Positions 25,481 to 35,748 of a stretch of 39,819 nucleotides of DNA are shown piece by piece. Numbering within the stretch: the first letter of the stretch is position 1; each line of letters opens with the position of its first letter. The stretch is from a plasmid: sequence record NZ_CP038019.1. One strand, given 5' to 3'. The translations under genes and the position numbers were made by a program. The notes below the pieces were generated by a model. That model was not told the DNA's origin, did not search any database, and was given only the letters and a program-made list of their open reading frames with translations.

Positions 25481-26827
25481 TTAGAACAGGATGTCTTTGG
25501 TCACTACTACGTTGAAGCGGTAGCCGGGACGGATTTCCAGTGTCGGCGACAGGTTCAGGTTTTTTTGCAGCGTTTGGGTAATGGCCTGGCCGAAGGTGGA
25601 GGCCAGGCTGGTGGACAGTTCGCTGCTGAAGGTGGTGGTGTTATTGTTGTTGCCGTGCCGGTCACGATCGGTGCCGTAAGATATGCCGGCACCAATTACC
25701 GACAGCAGCAGGGCATTGCCCCAAATCCGCATGTAGTGGTTATTGACCTTATCGTGGAAGCCGGGGTAGCCGGCGCCGTTGGAGCCGGGCATGGAGCCGA
25801 TGTCTAAGGAACGGCCGTCCGGGAAAATCAGCCGGTTCCAGGCGATAAACAGGCGTTTCTGACCGTATGACACATTGTTGTCATACGAGCCGATCAGTTT
25901 GGTCCCTTGCGGAATCAGCAGGCGGCGGTCGGTACGGCTGTCATACACGTTTTGCGATACCTGCGCCATGACCTGGCCGGGCAGGTCGGAGTTGATGCCG
26001 CTGGTGGCGATGGCCGGAATGACCGATCCGGCCATCAAGGCGTTGGCATGGGCCCGTTCCGGTCGGTTGGCCAGCTGCCAACGGTTATCACTGGCGGCAG
26101 TATTGTTGTTGGCCACGGCCGGCTGTGGCGGGATGTTCAGATTGACTGGCGCATTGCCGCCGATCCCGCCGACTCCGTTACCGCCACCCCCCAATGCTTG
26201 GTTCAGCTGGTTGTAGGTATTCAGGGCGGCGGCTTGGTCGTTACCGTTGTTGAGGGCGTTGTCTGCCTCCTGCTGTACCTGTTGGATCTGTGCCAGTATC
26301 TCGTCGCGGTTGGTGGGTCCCGCCTGCGCCGCGCCGGCAAAGTTACTGCTGGGGGTGCCGGCGGTGGCTTGGACCTGGGTGGGCGATTTGATGGCGGCGG
26401 CCAGCATCTGCTGCCGGTTCTGCTGTGCTTCGTCGGGCAGATCGGGCGCCATCGGCGCCTGCGGTAGCGGCAGGGTCATCGGGGCATCGTCCGGCAAGGT
26501 TGGGTTGGGCGGCAGGCTGTCTAAATCCAGTGCCGGCAATTCCGGCGGGGCGGCACCGATCACACCGTTGGCCGGGGCATCGGCCAGGATGTTCTGCGCC
26601 AGTTTGCTGGAGTCGCCTTCGCCCTTGACTTGTTCGGCCAGCTGCCGGGAGGCTTGGCCTTTATTAATCGCGATTAAGGCAATAATCAGTGCGAAACCGA
26701 CCAGGATGCCGCCGACAATGTACACTGGCAGGCGGTTGAGCCGGCGCACGGACGGCTGCCGTCCGGCGGTGTTGGGTGCGGCGGAAGGGGAGGAGTGGAC
26801 GTTGAGCAGATCGTTGTCGTTGGCCAT
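25481..26827 (-). CDS. trbI: TrbI/VirB10-like protein
   Basis: N-terminal cytoplasmic segment plus transmembrane helix, a Pro-rich linker, and a C-terminal beta-domain (GSMPGSNGAGYPGF...). Confidence 0.8.
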   Translation of the reverse strand: MANDNDLLNVHSSPSAAPNTAGRQPSVRRLNRLPVYIVGGILVGFALIIALIAINKGQASRQLAEQVKGEGDSSKLAQNILADAPANGVIGAAPPELPALDLDSLPPNPTLPDDAPMTLPLPQAPMAPDLPDEAQQNRQQMLAAAIKSPTQVQATAGTPSSNFAGAAQAGPTNRDEILAQIQQVQQEADNALNNGNDQAAALNTYNQLNQALGGGGNGVGGIGGNAPVNLNIPPQPAVANNNTAASDNRWQLANRPERAHANALMAGSVIPAIATSGINSDLPGQVMAQVSQNVYDSRTDRRLLIPQGTKLIGSYDNNVSYGQKRLFIAWNRLIFPDGRSLDIGSMPGSNGAGYPGFHDKVNNHYMRIWGNALLLSVIGAGISYGTDRDRHGNNNNTTTFSSELSTSLASTFGQAITQTLQKNLNLSPTLEIRPGYRFNVVVTKDILF

Positions 26828-26836
26828 AACAGACTC

Positions 26837-27244
26837 CTATTTACGGGACCAGCTACCGGCGGGGGCGATGTTGCCATTGCTATTGACCAGGTAACCACGG
26901 GTATAGGTGGTGCGGCCGTCCACGGTGTAGCTGACCCGGTACAGTTCGCCGGCCACCTGATCGACTTTATCCAGTACCACGGACAGTCGGTTGGCGGCGG
27001 TGTTGCCAGGCACGCTGTCGGCCACCGCAAAGCCTTTTTCACGCAATGCTTGGCCGAGGTCTTTACCAAACGGATCGCCGCCGTCGAATACAAACAGGGT
27101 ATTCGCCGCCGGGTAGTCGGCACTCAGTCGGGCGGTAACATCTTGTGCGACGTAGCGTTCCAGTGCGGCGGAATGGACGTAGGAACTCATGCTGCCGCAG
27201 GCGGCCAGCATGGTGCTCGCAATAAGGGCATACAGTGTTTTCAT
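26837..27244 (-). CDS. trbH: TrbH-like lipoprotein (VirB7 analogue)
   Basis: Lipobox MLAACGS. 135 aa. Overlaps the trbG stop. Confidence 0.6.
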   Translation of the reverse strand: MKTLYALIASTMLAACGSMSSYVHSAALERYVAQDVTARLSADYPAANTLFVFDGGDPFGKDLGQALREKGFAVADSVPGNTAANRLSVVLDKVDQVAGELYRVSYTVDGRTTYTRGYLVNSNGNIAPAGSWSRK

Positions 27245-28104
27245 GGCTGTTTCCTAGTGATAACGACTTTGGATTGGTGGCGACCCACCCCGGTCAGTAA
27301 CACGGCTTTATCAAAAATGGTGTCCACGATAAAACGGTCGCCGTCGAGTCGGTAATTGACCAGAGTGTCTTCGCCGTCGCGCACGATCAACAAGGTTGGT
27401 GCTTCGCCTTGGGCCATGCTGGCCGGCATCTGGATGAAGGTACGGGTGCCGTCGTTATACACGCGCAACGGTTTCCATGACGGTGAGTCGCCGCTGATGT
27501 TGTATTCGAAGTCCAGTTTGTCGATTTGCTGGCCGGAAGGCAGTACGTTAGAGGCGTTTTTCCAGGCTGCTTCCTGGCGGGCACGTTGCAAGGCGGCCTG
27601 TTGGTCTTCAGGATAGATGAAGCCGACTGCCGGCATGAAACGGCTGCGGTGCGATTTCAGCCGCAAATGGTAGGTACGGCGGTCGGTGGCGATAAACAGG
27701 GTAGTCTGTAGGCCGACATCGAACGGTTTGACTAGAATGTGCATCTGCGGTACGCCGTCCTTACCGGAAACGGCCGGCTGGATGTCCCAGCGGGCGGTAT
27801 CGCCCGCATTGAGGCTGTTCAGTTGCTCGCCGGGTTGCAGGGCGATGTCGCATACCTGTAAAACCGCACACACGATGGAGGGGTTGGACCCCAAGGGAAA
27901 CATGAGGCGGCCTTGTTCGCCCAATCCGGGCGGGGTCGCCATGCGGCCGTCGGAGGAAAAGTCGTGCGAGTAGCGCAAACCGGTGTTTTCTTGGCGGTTA
28001 AGCGGCGGGTTCGGGACATCTTTGAAATAGTCGTCTGCCATTTTGTCGGCGAAGGCGCTGCCGGCAACGGCACTCATCAATAGTCCGAGGATGAGGTGTT
28101 TCAT
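27241..28104 (-). CDS. trbG: TrbG/VirB9-like protein
   Basis: Signal peptide. Size and position fit VirB9. C-terminal motifs VNYRLDGDRFIVD. Confidence 0.75.
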   Translation of the reverse strand: MKHLILGLLMSAVAGSAFADKMADDYFKDVPNPPLNRQENTGLRYSHDFSSDGRMATPPGLGEQGRLMFPLGSNPSIVCAVLQVCDIALQPGEQLNSLNAGDTARWDIQPAVSGKDGVPQMHILVKPFDVGLQTTLFIATDRRTYHLRLKSHRSRFMPAVGFIYPEDQQAALQRARQEAAWKNASNVLPSGQQIDKLDFEYNISGDSPSWKPLRVYNDGTRTFIQMPASMAQGEAPTLLIVRDGEDTLVNYRLDGDRFIVDTIFDKAVLLTGVGRHQSKVVITRKQP

Positions 28105-28137
28105 AGTTGGGCTTCCCTTTCGGTTCAGGTTAATTGG

Positions 28138-28845
28138 TTAAGTGGCCGGAGACCAGGAGTAGTCTTTGATGTATAGGCCGACCGGGTTGCGCAGAATCTG
28201 CTCTTCATTGGTGGGCGGAACAAAGTAAATGGTAAACAGGCCGCGCATATTCTGCGGCGGTTTGGTTAAATTGCCGTCATGGGAGCGGGTGGTTTCTACC
28301 CAGTCGATTTGCCATGATGATTCCGACTGCCGCAGCACGGATTGGATTTCGACATTGACCAATACCGTTTCCGCCCGCTTGAACGGTGAGGCTTCCGCCG
28401 AACCGTTGAACCATTCGTTGGTCTTGGCGGTGGCGGCATCTTTGGGGTTAAGCATGCCGTAAGCGTCTTGGATGTATCGGCGCTGTAAAGATACGTCGGT
28501 GGTCACGGTGCGGGTATGAGTCAGCCAGCTGGCCAGCATGGCACGGGTAATGCGTTCGTCGGCCGGAGCGGCGCGGTCGGCGCGGCCGATCGATACGGTG
28601 CTGCCCAGTTTATCTACTTCGACCAGGTACGGTACAAATTTGGACTGGCTGCCGATATAGGTCATGCCGGCGATACCGGCCAGCCCGATCAATAGGCCGA
28701 ACAGGCCGGCAAACTGCCACATCTGCCTTGAGGACACCATGTCCCCCATGATGAAGTTCCATTGTTTCCTGGCGTTTAAAAAGGGGTTGTCAGTCAATTC
28801 GTGCTGGCTTTTTTCCGAGCCACGGAAGAGGTTTTTCAATGACAT
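28138..28845 (-). CDS. trbF: TrbF/VirB8-like protein
   Basis: Single N-terminal transmembrane helix with a periplasmic NTF2-like domain. Position fits. Confidence 0.7.
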   Translation of the reverse strand: MSLKNLFRGSEKSQHELTDNPFLNARKQWNFIMGDMVSSRQMWQFAGLFGLLIGLAGIAGMTYIGSQSKFVPYLVEVDKLGSTVSIGRADRAAPADERITRAMLASWLTHTRTVTTDVSLQRRYIQDAYGMLNPKDAATAKTNEWFNGSAEASPFKRAETVLVNVEIQSVLRQSESSWQIDWVETTRSHDGNLTKPPQNMRGLFTIYFVPPTNEEQILRNPVGLYIKDYSWSPAT

Positions 28846-28857
28846 GGTTCTGCTCTT

Positions 28858-31395
28858 TTAATAGGGGGTTGCATACTGATTGATGTCGATACCGCGGCTG
28901 ATCAGCCACTGGTTCACCCAGTCGTCACCGAATTGATCGATGAATTTGTACATCAAGGCCAAGGTGTCGCCGTCCGATACCCCGACAAAGGCCAGTGATA
29001 ACGGGCCAAGTGCCAGTTCAAACAAGCGGCGGCCTTGCGGTGAAGTATAGTAATACTGACGTTTGGGAATGGCGGTGGCGATGATTTCGATCTGCCGCTC
29101 GTTCAGCCCCATACGTTTGTACAGAATAGTGGCGTCTTCATCCCGGGCGAACGGATTGGGCAGGTAGATCTTGGTCAGACAGGACTCGTTTAATACATCC
29201 AAAATTCCGGATTTGGAGGCATCACTCAGACTCTGTGTGGCCAGCACGACGGCGCAGTTCTTTTTACGGAATACTTTGAGCCATTCGCGGATTTTTTCTT
29301 TGAACAAATCATGCCCCAACATGATCCAAGCTTCGTCGAGGAACATGAATGCCGGCGCACCGGTCAGTGACAGTTCGATACGGCGGAACAGGTAGAACAT
29401 GATGGGTAGGCGGAACTTGTCATTCAGCGACATCAATTCTTCAATTTCAAAACAGCTGAAGGAAGACAGTTCCAGGTTGTCATTTTCCGCATCCAATAAA
29501 TAGCCCATCGAGCCGTCTACAGTATAGCTTTTGAGTGCTTCGCGCACTTGGGCGTCCTGAATCGTATTGGAAAAATCGGATAGAGAATAAGACTGTTCGG
29601 CGGCATTGTTGCGAATGGCCGCCTCGATCTCGTTGCGACGCTGCGGGGTAACCTGCACGTCGTTGAGAATCATGATGGATTCGATCCAATCGGCTGCCCA
29701 GGCATGGTTTTGCGGGTCGCGAATCAATTGCAACGGGGCAAACTGCAAGGTGGTATCACGGTCGCCGATGCTGAAATGTGCCCCGCCGCAGGCTTTGGTC
29801 AGGGCTTCCAATGAACGGCCCTTGTCGAAGCTGTACACCCGCATACCGCGGTAGCGCTGTGCCTGTGCGGCCAAGGTGGCCAACAGGGTTGATTTACCGG
29901 CACCGATCGGGCCGAAAATCAAGGTATGCCCCACGTCGCCGACGTGCAGGTTTAAGCGGAACGGACTGGAGCCGGCGGTCACCACTTGCATCAAAGGTGG
30001 GGATTTAGGCGGATAAAACGGACAGGGGTTGTATTCTTGGCCGGTCCAAATGGTGCTGGTTGGAATCATGTCGGCCAGATTCAGGGTATTCAACAGCGGC
30101 CGTCTGACGTTTTCCACCCCGTGGCCGGGCAGGCTGCCCAGCCAAGCTTCCATGGTGTTGATGGTTTCGATGCGGGCGGAAAAGCCGAGGGTGTTGATTT
30201 CTTTTTCCGTTTGCCGCGCCATTTCCTCCAGACGCTTGCGATCTTCGTGCATCAGCACGATGACACTGGTGTAGTACCCTTGGCCGACCAAGCCGGATTT
30301 GGTTTCGGCCAGGGCATCTTCCGCATCATCCACCATCATCAGCGCATCTTGGTCGATGGCGCCGCTGTGGGTGTTGAACACTTGGTCGAAAAAGCCGCGG
30401 ACTTTTTGCCGCCATTTTTTCCGGAATTTTTCTAAATGAGCGATGGCTTGGTGCTGATCTAAGAAGATAAAGCGGTTGGACCAGCGATACTCGATCGGCA
30501 GTTCGGCCAGTCGTGCCAAAATGCCGGGATAGGATTCCATGGCGAAGCCATCGATGGCCACGGTTTGGATATATTTGCCGCCGATCATCGGCACCACGCC
30601 GCCATATAGCTCTTGTCCACCAACCAAAGAATCGATGTACATCGGTGCCGCTGGCAGATTAATCGGATGGTTGCGGCCGGTAACACAGAACTGTATCCAG
30701 CGCAGAAAGTCATCTTGCGTGATTTCCGAACCATCTTCCTGCACCACACGATGCGATTTCAGACGGATTAACTCCAAGGGAATACTGAGGTTGGATTCGA
30801 TGGTTTCGCAGGCTTGTTTGAAATGAGCCAGGGTGCGGTCCTGTTGGGCACGTTTGCTGGATTCTATCGAATCGTCATCAAACATCAGTTCCGCCACTTT
30901 TTTCTCGGCCAGTAACGGCGGGAAATAGGTGGCGACAATGACAAAATAGCCTTCATACAGGGTACCGATGGATTGGAACAGTTGTCGGCGTTCTTCATCG
31001 ATGGCTTTTGCCACGGTATTGGGGAAGAAGTTGGCACCGGCTTCGGTGTATCCGGGTGCTGGCCGTCTGGCGGCATCAATATGCAGCATCCAGCCGTTAC
31101 CCAAACCCGCGATGGCTTTATTGATACGTTTGGATACGTCTTCACGCTCGGCCGGCGTACTGCTGCCCAAGTCTTTGCCCCGATATATCCAAGCGGCCAT
31201 CAGTGAGCCGTTTTTACCCAAGATAACGCCGTCATCAATCACCGCAGCATAGTTCAGCAGGTCGGCCAAACCTTCTTCGGTCGACCGGTGCTGTTTCAGT
31301 TGCATGGCGGAGGTAACGGCACGTACCCGTATAAATAGGCTGACCAATAAAATCAGCCCAACCGCGCAGATACTCAGCAGCAATAGGTAAATCAT
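28858..31395 (-). CDS. trbE: TrbE/VirB4 ATPase
   Basis: 845 aa. Walker A LIFGPIGAGKSTL. Walker B region FMFLDEAW. Confidence 0.9.
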   Translation of the reverse strand: MIYLLLLSICAVGLILLVSLFIRVRAVTSAMQLKQHRSTEEGLADLLNYAAVIDDGVILGKNGSLMAAWIYRGKDLGSSTPAEREDVSKRINKAIAGLGNGWMLHIDAARRPAPGYTEAGANFFPNTVAKAIDEERRQLFQSIGTLYEGYFVIVATYFPPLLAEKKVAELMFDDDSIESSKRAQQDRTLAHFKQACETIESNLSIPLELIRLKSHRVVQEDGSEITQDDFLRWIQFCVTGRNHPINLPAAPMYIDSLVGGQELYGGVVPMIGGKYIQTVAIDGFAMESYPGILARLAELPIEYRWSNRFIFLDQHQAIAHLEKFRKKWRQKVRGFFDQVFNTHSGAIDQDALMMVDDAEDALAETKSGLVGQGYYTSVIVLMHEDRKRLEEMARQTEKEINTLGFSARIETINTMEAWLGSLPGHGVENVRRPLLNTLNLADMIPTSTIWTGQEYNPCPFYPPKSPPLMQVVTAGSSPFRLNLHVGDVGHTLIFGPIGAGKSTLLATLAAQAQRYRGMRVYSFDKGRSLEALTKACGGAHFSIGDRDTTLQFAPLQLIRDPQNHAWAADWIESIMILNDVQVTPQRRNEIEAAIRNNAAEQSYSLSDFSNTIQDAQVREALKSYTVDGSMGYLLDAENDNLELSSFSCFEIEELMSLNDKFRLPIMFYLFRRIELSLTGAPAFMFLDEAWIMLGHDLFKEKIREWLKVFRKKNCAVVLATQSLSDASKSGILDVLNESCLTKIYLPNPFARDEDATILYKRMGLNERQIEIIATAIPKRQYYYTSPQGRRLFELALGPLSLAFVGVSDGDTLALMYKFIDQFGDDWVNQWLISRGIDINQYATPY

Positions 31396-31709
31396 TTGTA
31401 TCTAGCCCCTTGGGTTGCGGAGTTATTGCGGAAGGGTGTGGCTCTCGGTGGGTAATAGCTTTTGTATTTGGTAATGGCACGTAAGCCAACGAAACGCAGT
31501 AATGGGTCGTATTTGGCCAAGCGGCGCAGTAGGTACAGTGCCAGTACCCAGAAAACCAGACCGATGATGGCGGCATATAAATTTTGCGAGGCTACTACCA
31601 ACACAAAGGTCAGCAGCATCGACATTTGCACCATTTCCCGGTCGCCACCTAGGAAAAGGTTGGGTCGGTTTGCCACGCGACGGATTGGAATGGTTCGGAT
31701 CGGTCTCAT
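31392..31709 (-). CDS. trbD: TrbD/VirB3-like membrane protein
   Basis: 105 aa with hydrophobic helices. Overlaps the trbE start (ATGA). Confidence 0.7.
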   Translation of the reverse strand: MRPIRTIPIRRVANRPNLFLGGDREMVQMSMLLTFVLVVASQNLYAAIIGLVFWVLALYLLRRLAKYDPLLRFVGLRAITKYKSYYPPRATPFRNNSATQGARYK

Positions 31710-31730
31710 GCCGATGCCTCCTGTGTCGAA

Positions 31731-32126
31731 TTAAGAATGGGGAGAGTAGGTATATCCGAGGGGAGTCGCAGTCGGTGAAGCTTGGGCAGAAACGGTTATT
31801 TCGGCACCTGAGTCGAACAGATTAGTCATCAAGTTTTGGGCACCGACCAGCAGGGACATCACCAAGACGATAAAAATCAATGACCGGAAGAACGCATTCA
31901 ATTCACCGCCGAAAATCAATACTGCACCGGCCACCACAATGCCGATAATGGAAACGGAAAAAGCGACAGGGCCAGTCACCGATTGACGCAGTTTGGTCAG
32001 CCAACCTTCATACGGTAGGCCGCCCCCTTGTGCGGCCGAAGCGAAAGCCGATTGGGTAAACAACAGAAGCAGAACGGTAAAAACGAGCAACATGAATAAG
32101 TATTGGCGAGACAGAGTTAATTTCAT
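31731..32126 (-). CDS. trbC: TrbC/VirB2 pilin precursor
   Basis: Long signal peptide followed by two hydrophobic helices, typical of VirB2-type pilins. Confidence 0.7.
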   Translation of the reverse strand: MKLTLSRQYLFMLLVFTVLLLLFTQSAFASAAQGGGLPYEGWLTKLRQSVTGPVAFSVSIIGIVVAGAVLIFGGELNAFFRSLIFIVLVMSLLVGAQNLMTNLFDSGAEITVSAQASPTATPLGYTYSPHS

Positions 32127-32225
32127 AGTAAAACCTTTATATTTTTATAAGTGGGGAAAATAAAGTGGAAACGCGCAGTGAAAGTTAATCATTCGGTCGG
32201 TGGTATGTTAAATGCCTCCTTGGGG

Positions 32226-33224
32226 TTATAAATACTCAAAATCAAACGACTTATCGTGATGATTATAACCGCTAATTTTGATGATTTCTCGGATTTTCCT
32301 CCCGGTGTTTCGGTCTTTTGAAATAAAAACGATGATGTTCACGACTTGGGCAATCAGTTGCCGGATTTCGGTAGGGTGGAATGGGTTGCGAGTAATCAAC
32401 CCTTCCAATCTCTCCAGGCCCAGTACCGCCGAGTTGGCGTGTACTGTGGCTACCCCGCCCGGGTGACCGGTATTCCAAGTATCCAGCAGGTCCAATGCTT
32501 CAGCACCACGGACTTCACCCACGACAATGCGATCTGGACGAAAACGCAGGGCGGTCCGCACCAGTTTGGTCAAATCTGCCGCCATCGTGGTATAGACATG
32601 CACCTTGTTGGGCGAGTCACAACGGATTTCACCGGTATCTTCCGAAATATAAATACGTTCGTTTGGGTGTTGATCGGTCATTTCCCGGATGATGCCGTTG
32701 ACTAAGGTGGTTTTACCGGAACCGGTACCGCCGATAACCAAAATATTGCTTTTATCGGTTATCGCCTGTTGGATTATCGACTTTTGCTGTTCGGTCATGA
32801 TGTCGTTGGCCACATACTCGTCCAATGTAAATACCCGATTGGGTCGTTTACGGATGGTGAAGGACGGGGTAGTGGTGACCGGCGGCATGATGCCGGTAAA
32901 ACGGCTGCCGTCAATCGGGAACTGACTTTCTAAGATGGGATCGGCTTCATTGACAGTTTTGTTGTAATAGCCGGCAATGGTTTTGATGACGCTTTCCGCG
33001 CGACTGGAATTGAAGCGTTTGCTCATTTCCGGGTCATAGACCATGTCCTGACCCTGTTCTTCCCAGAAGATCGATGATGAGCCATCTTCATTGGGATTAC
33101 ACATCACTTCCAACAGGTTGGGATTCAGGAATTTCTGTAAAAATTCCTGACCCAGATCCCGTTTCAATTTTTCAAGCGCCCTACCCTTTCGGCTGGCGAC
33201 GCTGTCTTCTTGATGATCATTCAT
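32226..33224 (-). CDS. trbB: TrbB/VirB11 secretion ATPase
   Basis: Walker A ILVIGGTGSGKTTL. Segments typical of VirB11/GspE (IRCDSPN...VGEVRG, Walker B/His-box region). Confidence 0.9.
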   Translation of the reverse strand: MNDHQEDSVASRKGRALEKLKRDLGQEFLQKFLNPNLLEVMCNPNEDGSSSIFWEEQGQDMVYDPEMSKRFNSSRAESVIKTIAGYYNKTVNEADPILESQFPIDGSRFTGIMPPVTTTPSFTIRKRPNRVFTLDEYVANDIMTEQQKSIIQQAITDKSNILVIGGTGSGKTTLVNGIIREMTDQHPNERIYISEDTGEIRCDSPNKVHVYTTMAADLTKLVRTALRFRPDRIVVGEVRGAEALDLLDTWNTGHPGGVATVHANSAVLGLERLEGLITRNPFHPTEIRQLIAQVVNIIVFISKDRNTGRKIREIIKISGYNHHDKSFDFEYL

Positions 33225-33303
33225 AAAGCATTTTCCCTTGGTGTATTATACAATACGATATAATGAAGTGTAAAAGAATTTGAACCAAGCCTTAACGAAT
33301 AGG

Positions 33304-33338
33304 CAAAAAAATACCCATTTTGTTGTAAAATGGGGTAT
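33304..33338 (-). terminator. Rho-independent terminator after trbA, ahead of the trbB promoter
   Basis: Minus-strand hairpin (plus-strand sequence atacccatttt gttgt aaaatggggtat) followed on the minus strand by a T7 run. Confidence 0.5.
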
Positions 33339-33367
33339 TATTCTTGCATTCAGCAGTTGCGAAAGGG

Positions 33368-33739
33368 CTATTTTTTGCGTTTTAGCTCTTTAATTGCCTC
33401 AGCCCCCCATTTTTTGACGGTAAATGCCCGGTATTTGGGTAGGATAACGGTTACACATTCATAGTTGTCCGGCAATATAGGCATATATTGCCTATCTTTG
33501 GACAACATGGCCAGGTAATCGGCATCCAAGTCATGGTGAGTCAGTAAATAAGGCAACGGTGTTTCCAATGCGGCAGCAATGGAGGCCATGGTTTCTAAAG
33601 TAGGGTTGCCTTGCCCCCGGGTAATTGAGGACAACAGGCTGGCTGATAGCTTAGCTTTGGCAGCTAATTCTTGGTGGGTCATCTTTTTTTCCACAGCCGT
33701 ATTGAGTACGTTGGTGAAAAAGATGTGGTGGTAACTCAT
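33368..33739 (-). CDS. trbA: XRE-type HTH repressor at the RK2 trbA position
   Basis: HTH MTHQELAAKAKLSASLLSSITRG. Encoded divergently from ssb-trfA with a KorB operator in the shared region, as in RK2. Confidence 0.55.
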   Translation of the reverse strand: MSYHHIFFTNVLNTAVEKKMTHQELAAKAKLSASLLSSITRGQGNPTLETMASIAAALETPLPYLLTHHDLDADYLAMLSKDRQYMPILPDNYECVTVILPKYRAFTVKKWGAEAIKELKRKK

Positions 33740-33746
33740 GGGGAAA

Positions 33747-33759
33747 TTTTAGCGGCTAA
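33747..33759. promoter_or_regulatory. KorB-type operator TTTAGCGGCTAAA in the divergent trbA/ssb-trfA promoter region
   Basis: Perfect palindrome with AAATTTTAGCGGCTAAAATTT flanks. Confidence 0.7.
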
Positions 33760-33797
33760 AATTTAATTTCAGTAGTATAACAAACAACGGAGGGTGT

Positions 33798-34184
33798 ATG
33801 AACAAGTTCCTTATTTCTGGCCGAACTACCAAAGACTTGATATTGGAAACGACTGCCCACGGTAAACCGTTTACCGTCCTGACCATAGCTGAAAATTATG
33901 GCTATATAAAAGATGGTCAAAAAGTTGAATCCGTTAATTATTTCAGAATTTTAGCTTACGGCGAACAGGCAAAAAATGCGGTTAAATTCTGCGGCAAGGG
34001 TTCCTACCTGCTGATCGAGGCTCGAATTGAAAATGATAACTACGAAAAAGATGGGCATAAGATCTATAAAGATGCCATGATTGCCAGACGTATCGAATAC
34101 GCGGCCTTGAAAGCCCCGGCCGGCAGCAGCGCAGCAGAAAATCCGCCAGCTTTTACCTATGATCCCGAACAGGAAGTGAAATAA
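33798..34184 (+). CDS. ssb: Plasmid single-stranded DNA-binding protein
   Basis: OB-fold SSB-like sequence (LISGRTTKD...NYFRILAYGEQAKNAVKFCGKGSYLLIEARIEN). First gene of an ssb-rep operon as in RK2. Confidence 0.75.
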   Translation: MNKFLISGRTTKDLILETTAHGKPFTVLTIAENYGYIKDGQKVESVNYFRILAYGEQAKNAVKFCGKGSYLLIEARIENDNYEKDGHKIYKDAMIARRIEYAALKAPAGSSAAENPPAFTYDPEQEVK

Positions 34185-34264
34185 TACAGGGTTTGTTTAC
34201 CCCAGGGAAAAGCTGTGCCAGGGCAGGATATCTCCCCCTGCCCTATCCAACAAAAGGAAAACTG

Positions 34265-35137
34265 ATGAAAACAGAGAATAAATCCACAACCGACTTGGTA
34301 CAGGCGAGGCAAGAAGAGCATCGCCGGCGCAGCTATTTGCAGGAAAAAGGTATTAACCCAGACGGGGAAATGGTGATTCAAGACCTGTTTGGCCGTACCT
34401 TATTCGGCTCGTCTCATCGCCAGCTGCCCAATGACTTTGCCAGGTCTTGTTTATTCACGGCCCGGCACCCCAAAATCCCGAGGAAAACATTTAGTCGTGC
34501 AAAGTTATTTCATGTTTCAGAGAAAATCGAAATCCTTTATACCGGTATCGAATTACGGTCCATTGACGATGAACTAATTTGGATGCAGCTGGTGGAGTAT
34601 TGCCGCTCCGCCCCATTGGGCGATTATATCGAATTCGATATTAGACAGCTGATTAAAGACATCGGCTGGGGAACTGCCGGAACTTATTATAAAAAAGTCA
34701 GGGAATCCATCAGCCGGATGAAGGCGACAGAAATTTATATCAAAAACAGCAATGCCTTCGGTATCAGCGGAGGACTGTCCCTTATCGGCGATTATGTTGG
34801 ATACGCCAACCAAGACGGACAGCCTACTCGTTATCAAATCAGTATTGATAAAAACTTGATTCTGCTATTTGCGGGAGAGACCTTTACCAATATTCCTTGG
34901 AGTCAATACAAACAGCTGTCGCCCATGGCCAGACGGTTGACCGATTATGTCTTTAGCCATCGGCAACCCAACCCCATCCAAGTCACCACCTTTTTGGCCA
35001 TGTGCGGTAGCGACCAAATCGACTCTCCCTCCAAAACCCAAAATCATAGTGCCAAAAAAGTCTGTGCCGAATTGGTTGATAAACAATTGGTCAAGGCGGC
35101 GTTCGTTCACGATGGCCGGATTATTGTAGAACGTTAA
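34265..35137 (+). CDS. trfA: TrfA-like replication initiator. The ORF-track start at 34193 is probably too far upstream.
   Basis: RBS aaaggaaaa then ATG at 34265, giving 290 aa. Operon context is ssb upstream and a 17-bp iteron array immediately downstream. Assignment is by synteny. Confidence 0.55.
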   Translation: MKTENKSTTDLVQARQEEHRRRSYLQEKGINPDGEMVIQDLFGRTLFGSSHRQLPNDFARSCLFTARHPKIPRKTFSRAKLFHVSEKIEILYTGIELRSIDDELIWMQLVEYCRSAPLGDYIEFDIRQLIKDIGWGTAGTYYKKVRESISRMKATEIYIKNSNAFGISGGLSLIGDYVGYANQDGQPTRYQISIDKNLILLFAGETFTNIPWSQYKQLSPMARRLTDYVFSHRQPNPIQVTTFLAMCGSDQIDSPSKTQNHSAKKVCAELVDKQLVKAAFVHDGRIIVER

Positions 35138-35240
35138 CCTCTCTCGGTCTAAAGGCCGGGTTTCTATGACTATCAGCCATATCCTGTCCCCAAGTTCGTT
35201 TCTTAGTGAGGCGTTGGCATTGTGGAAAACTACGCATGGT

Positions 35241-35607
35241 GCGTAATCTTAGCTGCCAAAAAATAGGATGCTGCGTAATCTTAGCTGCCAAAAAACAGGA
35301 AAAACCGGGAAACTGCGTAATCTTAGCTGCCTAGCATCCTAAAACACGGTATTTGCGTAATCTTAGCTGCCCAAATAGGCTGTTTCAGCCGTACGTCATA
35401 TAGGCGAACTAAATGAAAACAAAAAAAGCCGTTAATTTTAGCTAAAGTTATGTGGATAACCTGTGGAAAACTAATAATTCCGCCTAAAATTTAGGCAAAA
35501 AGTGCGTAATCTTAGCTGCCATCTGCGTAATTCTAGCTGCCCTCGCGCGTAATCTTAGCTGCCAATTTGCGTAATCTTAGCTGCCAAACCGCGTAATTTT
35601 ACCTGCC
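35241..35607. repeat. oriV: oriV iteron array: nine copies of the 17-bp GCGTAATCTTAGCTGCC, the last five at exact 22-bp spacing
   Basis: Copies start at 35241, 35273, 35315, 35355, 35504, 35525 (variant), 35547, 35569 and 35591 (variant). An AT-rich tract follows at 35608-35700. Confidence 0.85.
35451..35459 (-). promoter_or_regulatory. Consensus DnaA box TTATCCACA on the minus strand between the iteron groups
   Basis: The plus strand reads tgtggataa. Near-consensus copies tgtggaaaa occur at 35221 and 35462. Confidence 0.65.
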
Positions 35608-35748
35608 TACCCATTTGTAATGCCATGATATGACTAATAAAAAACACCCATTTTTTTGCCCTAACCTATTTCTAACCTATATATAACCTATGTTGCTTCG
35701 CAACTTCACCTAGTCTGTCGGCTTCGCCGATTTGGACAACTTCATTAT

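Noticed and set aside
35433-35444. KorA operator-like ttttagctaaag
   Set aside because: It matches the KorA consensus at only 10 of 12 positions, and no KorA-like gene was identified. It may be a degenerate KorB site. I kept it only as a note inside the oriV finding.
35241-35607. Regularly spaced 17-bp direct repeats that could be mistaken for a CRISPR array
   Set aside because: Repeats are only 17 bp with 22-42-bp periods. The 'spacers' are short and of mixed length. There are no cas genes. The array sits between a rep gene and a DnaA box and AT-rich tract, which is classic oriV iteron architecture.
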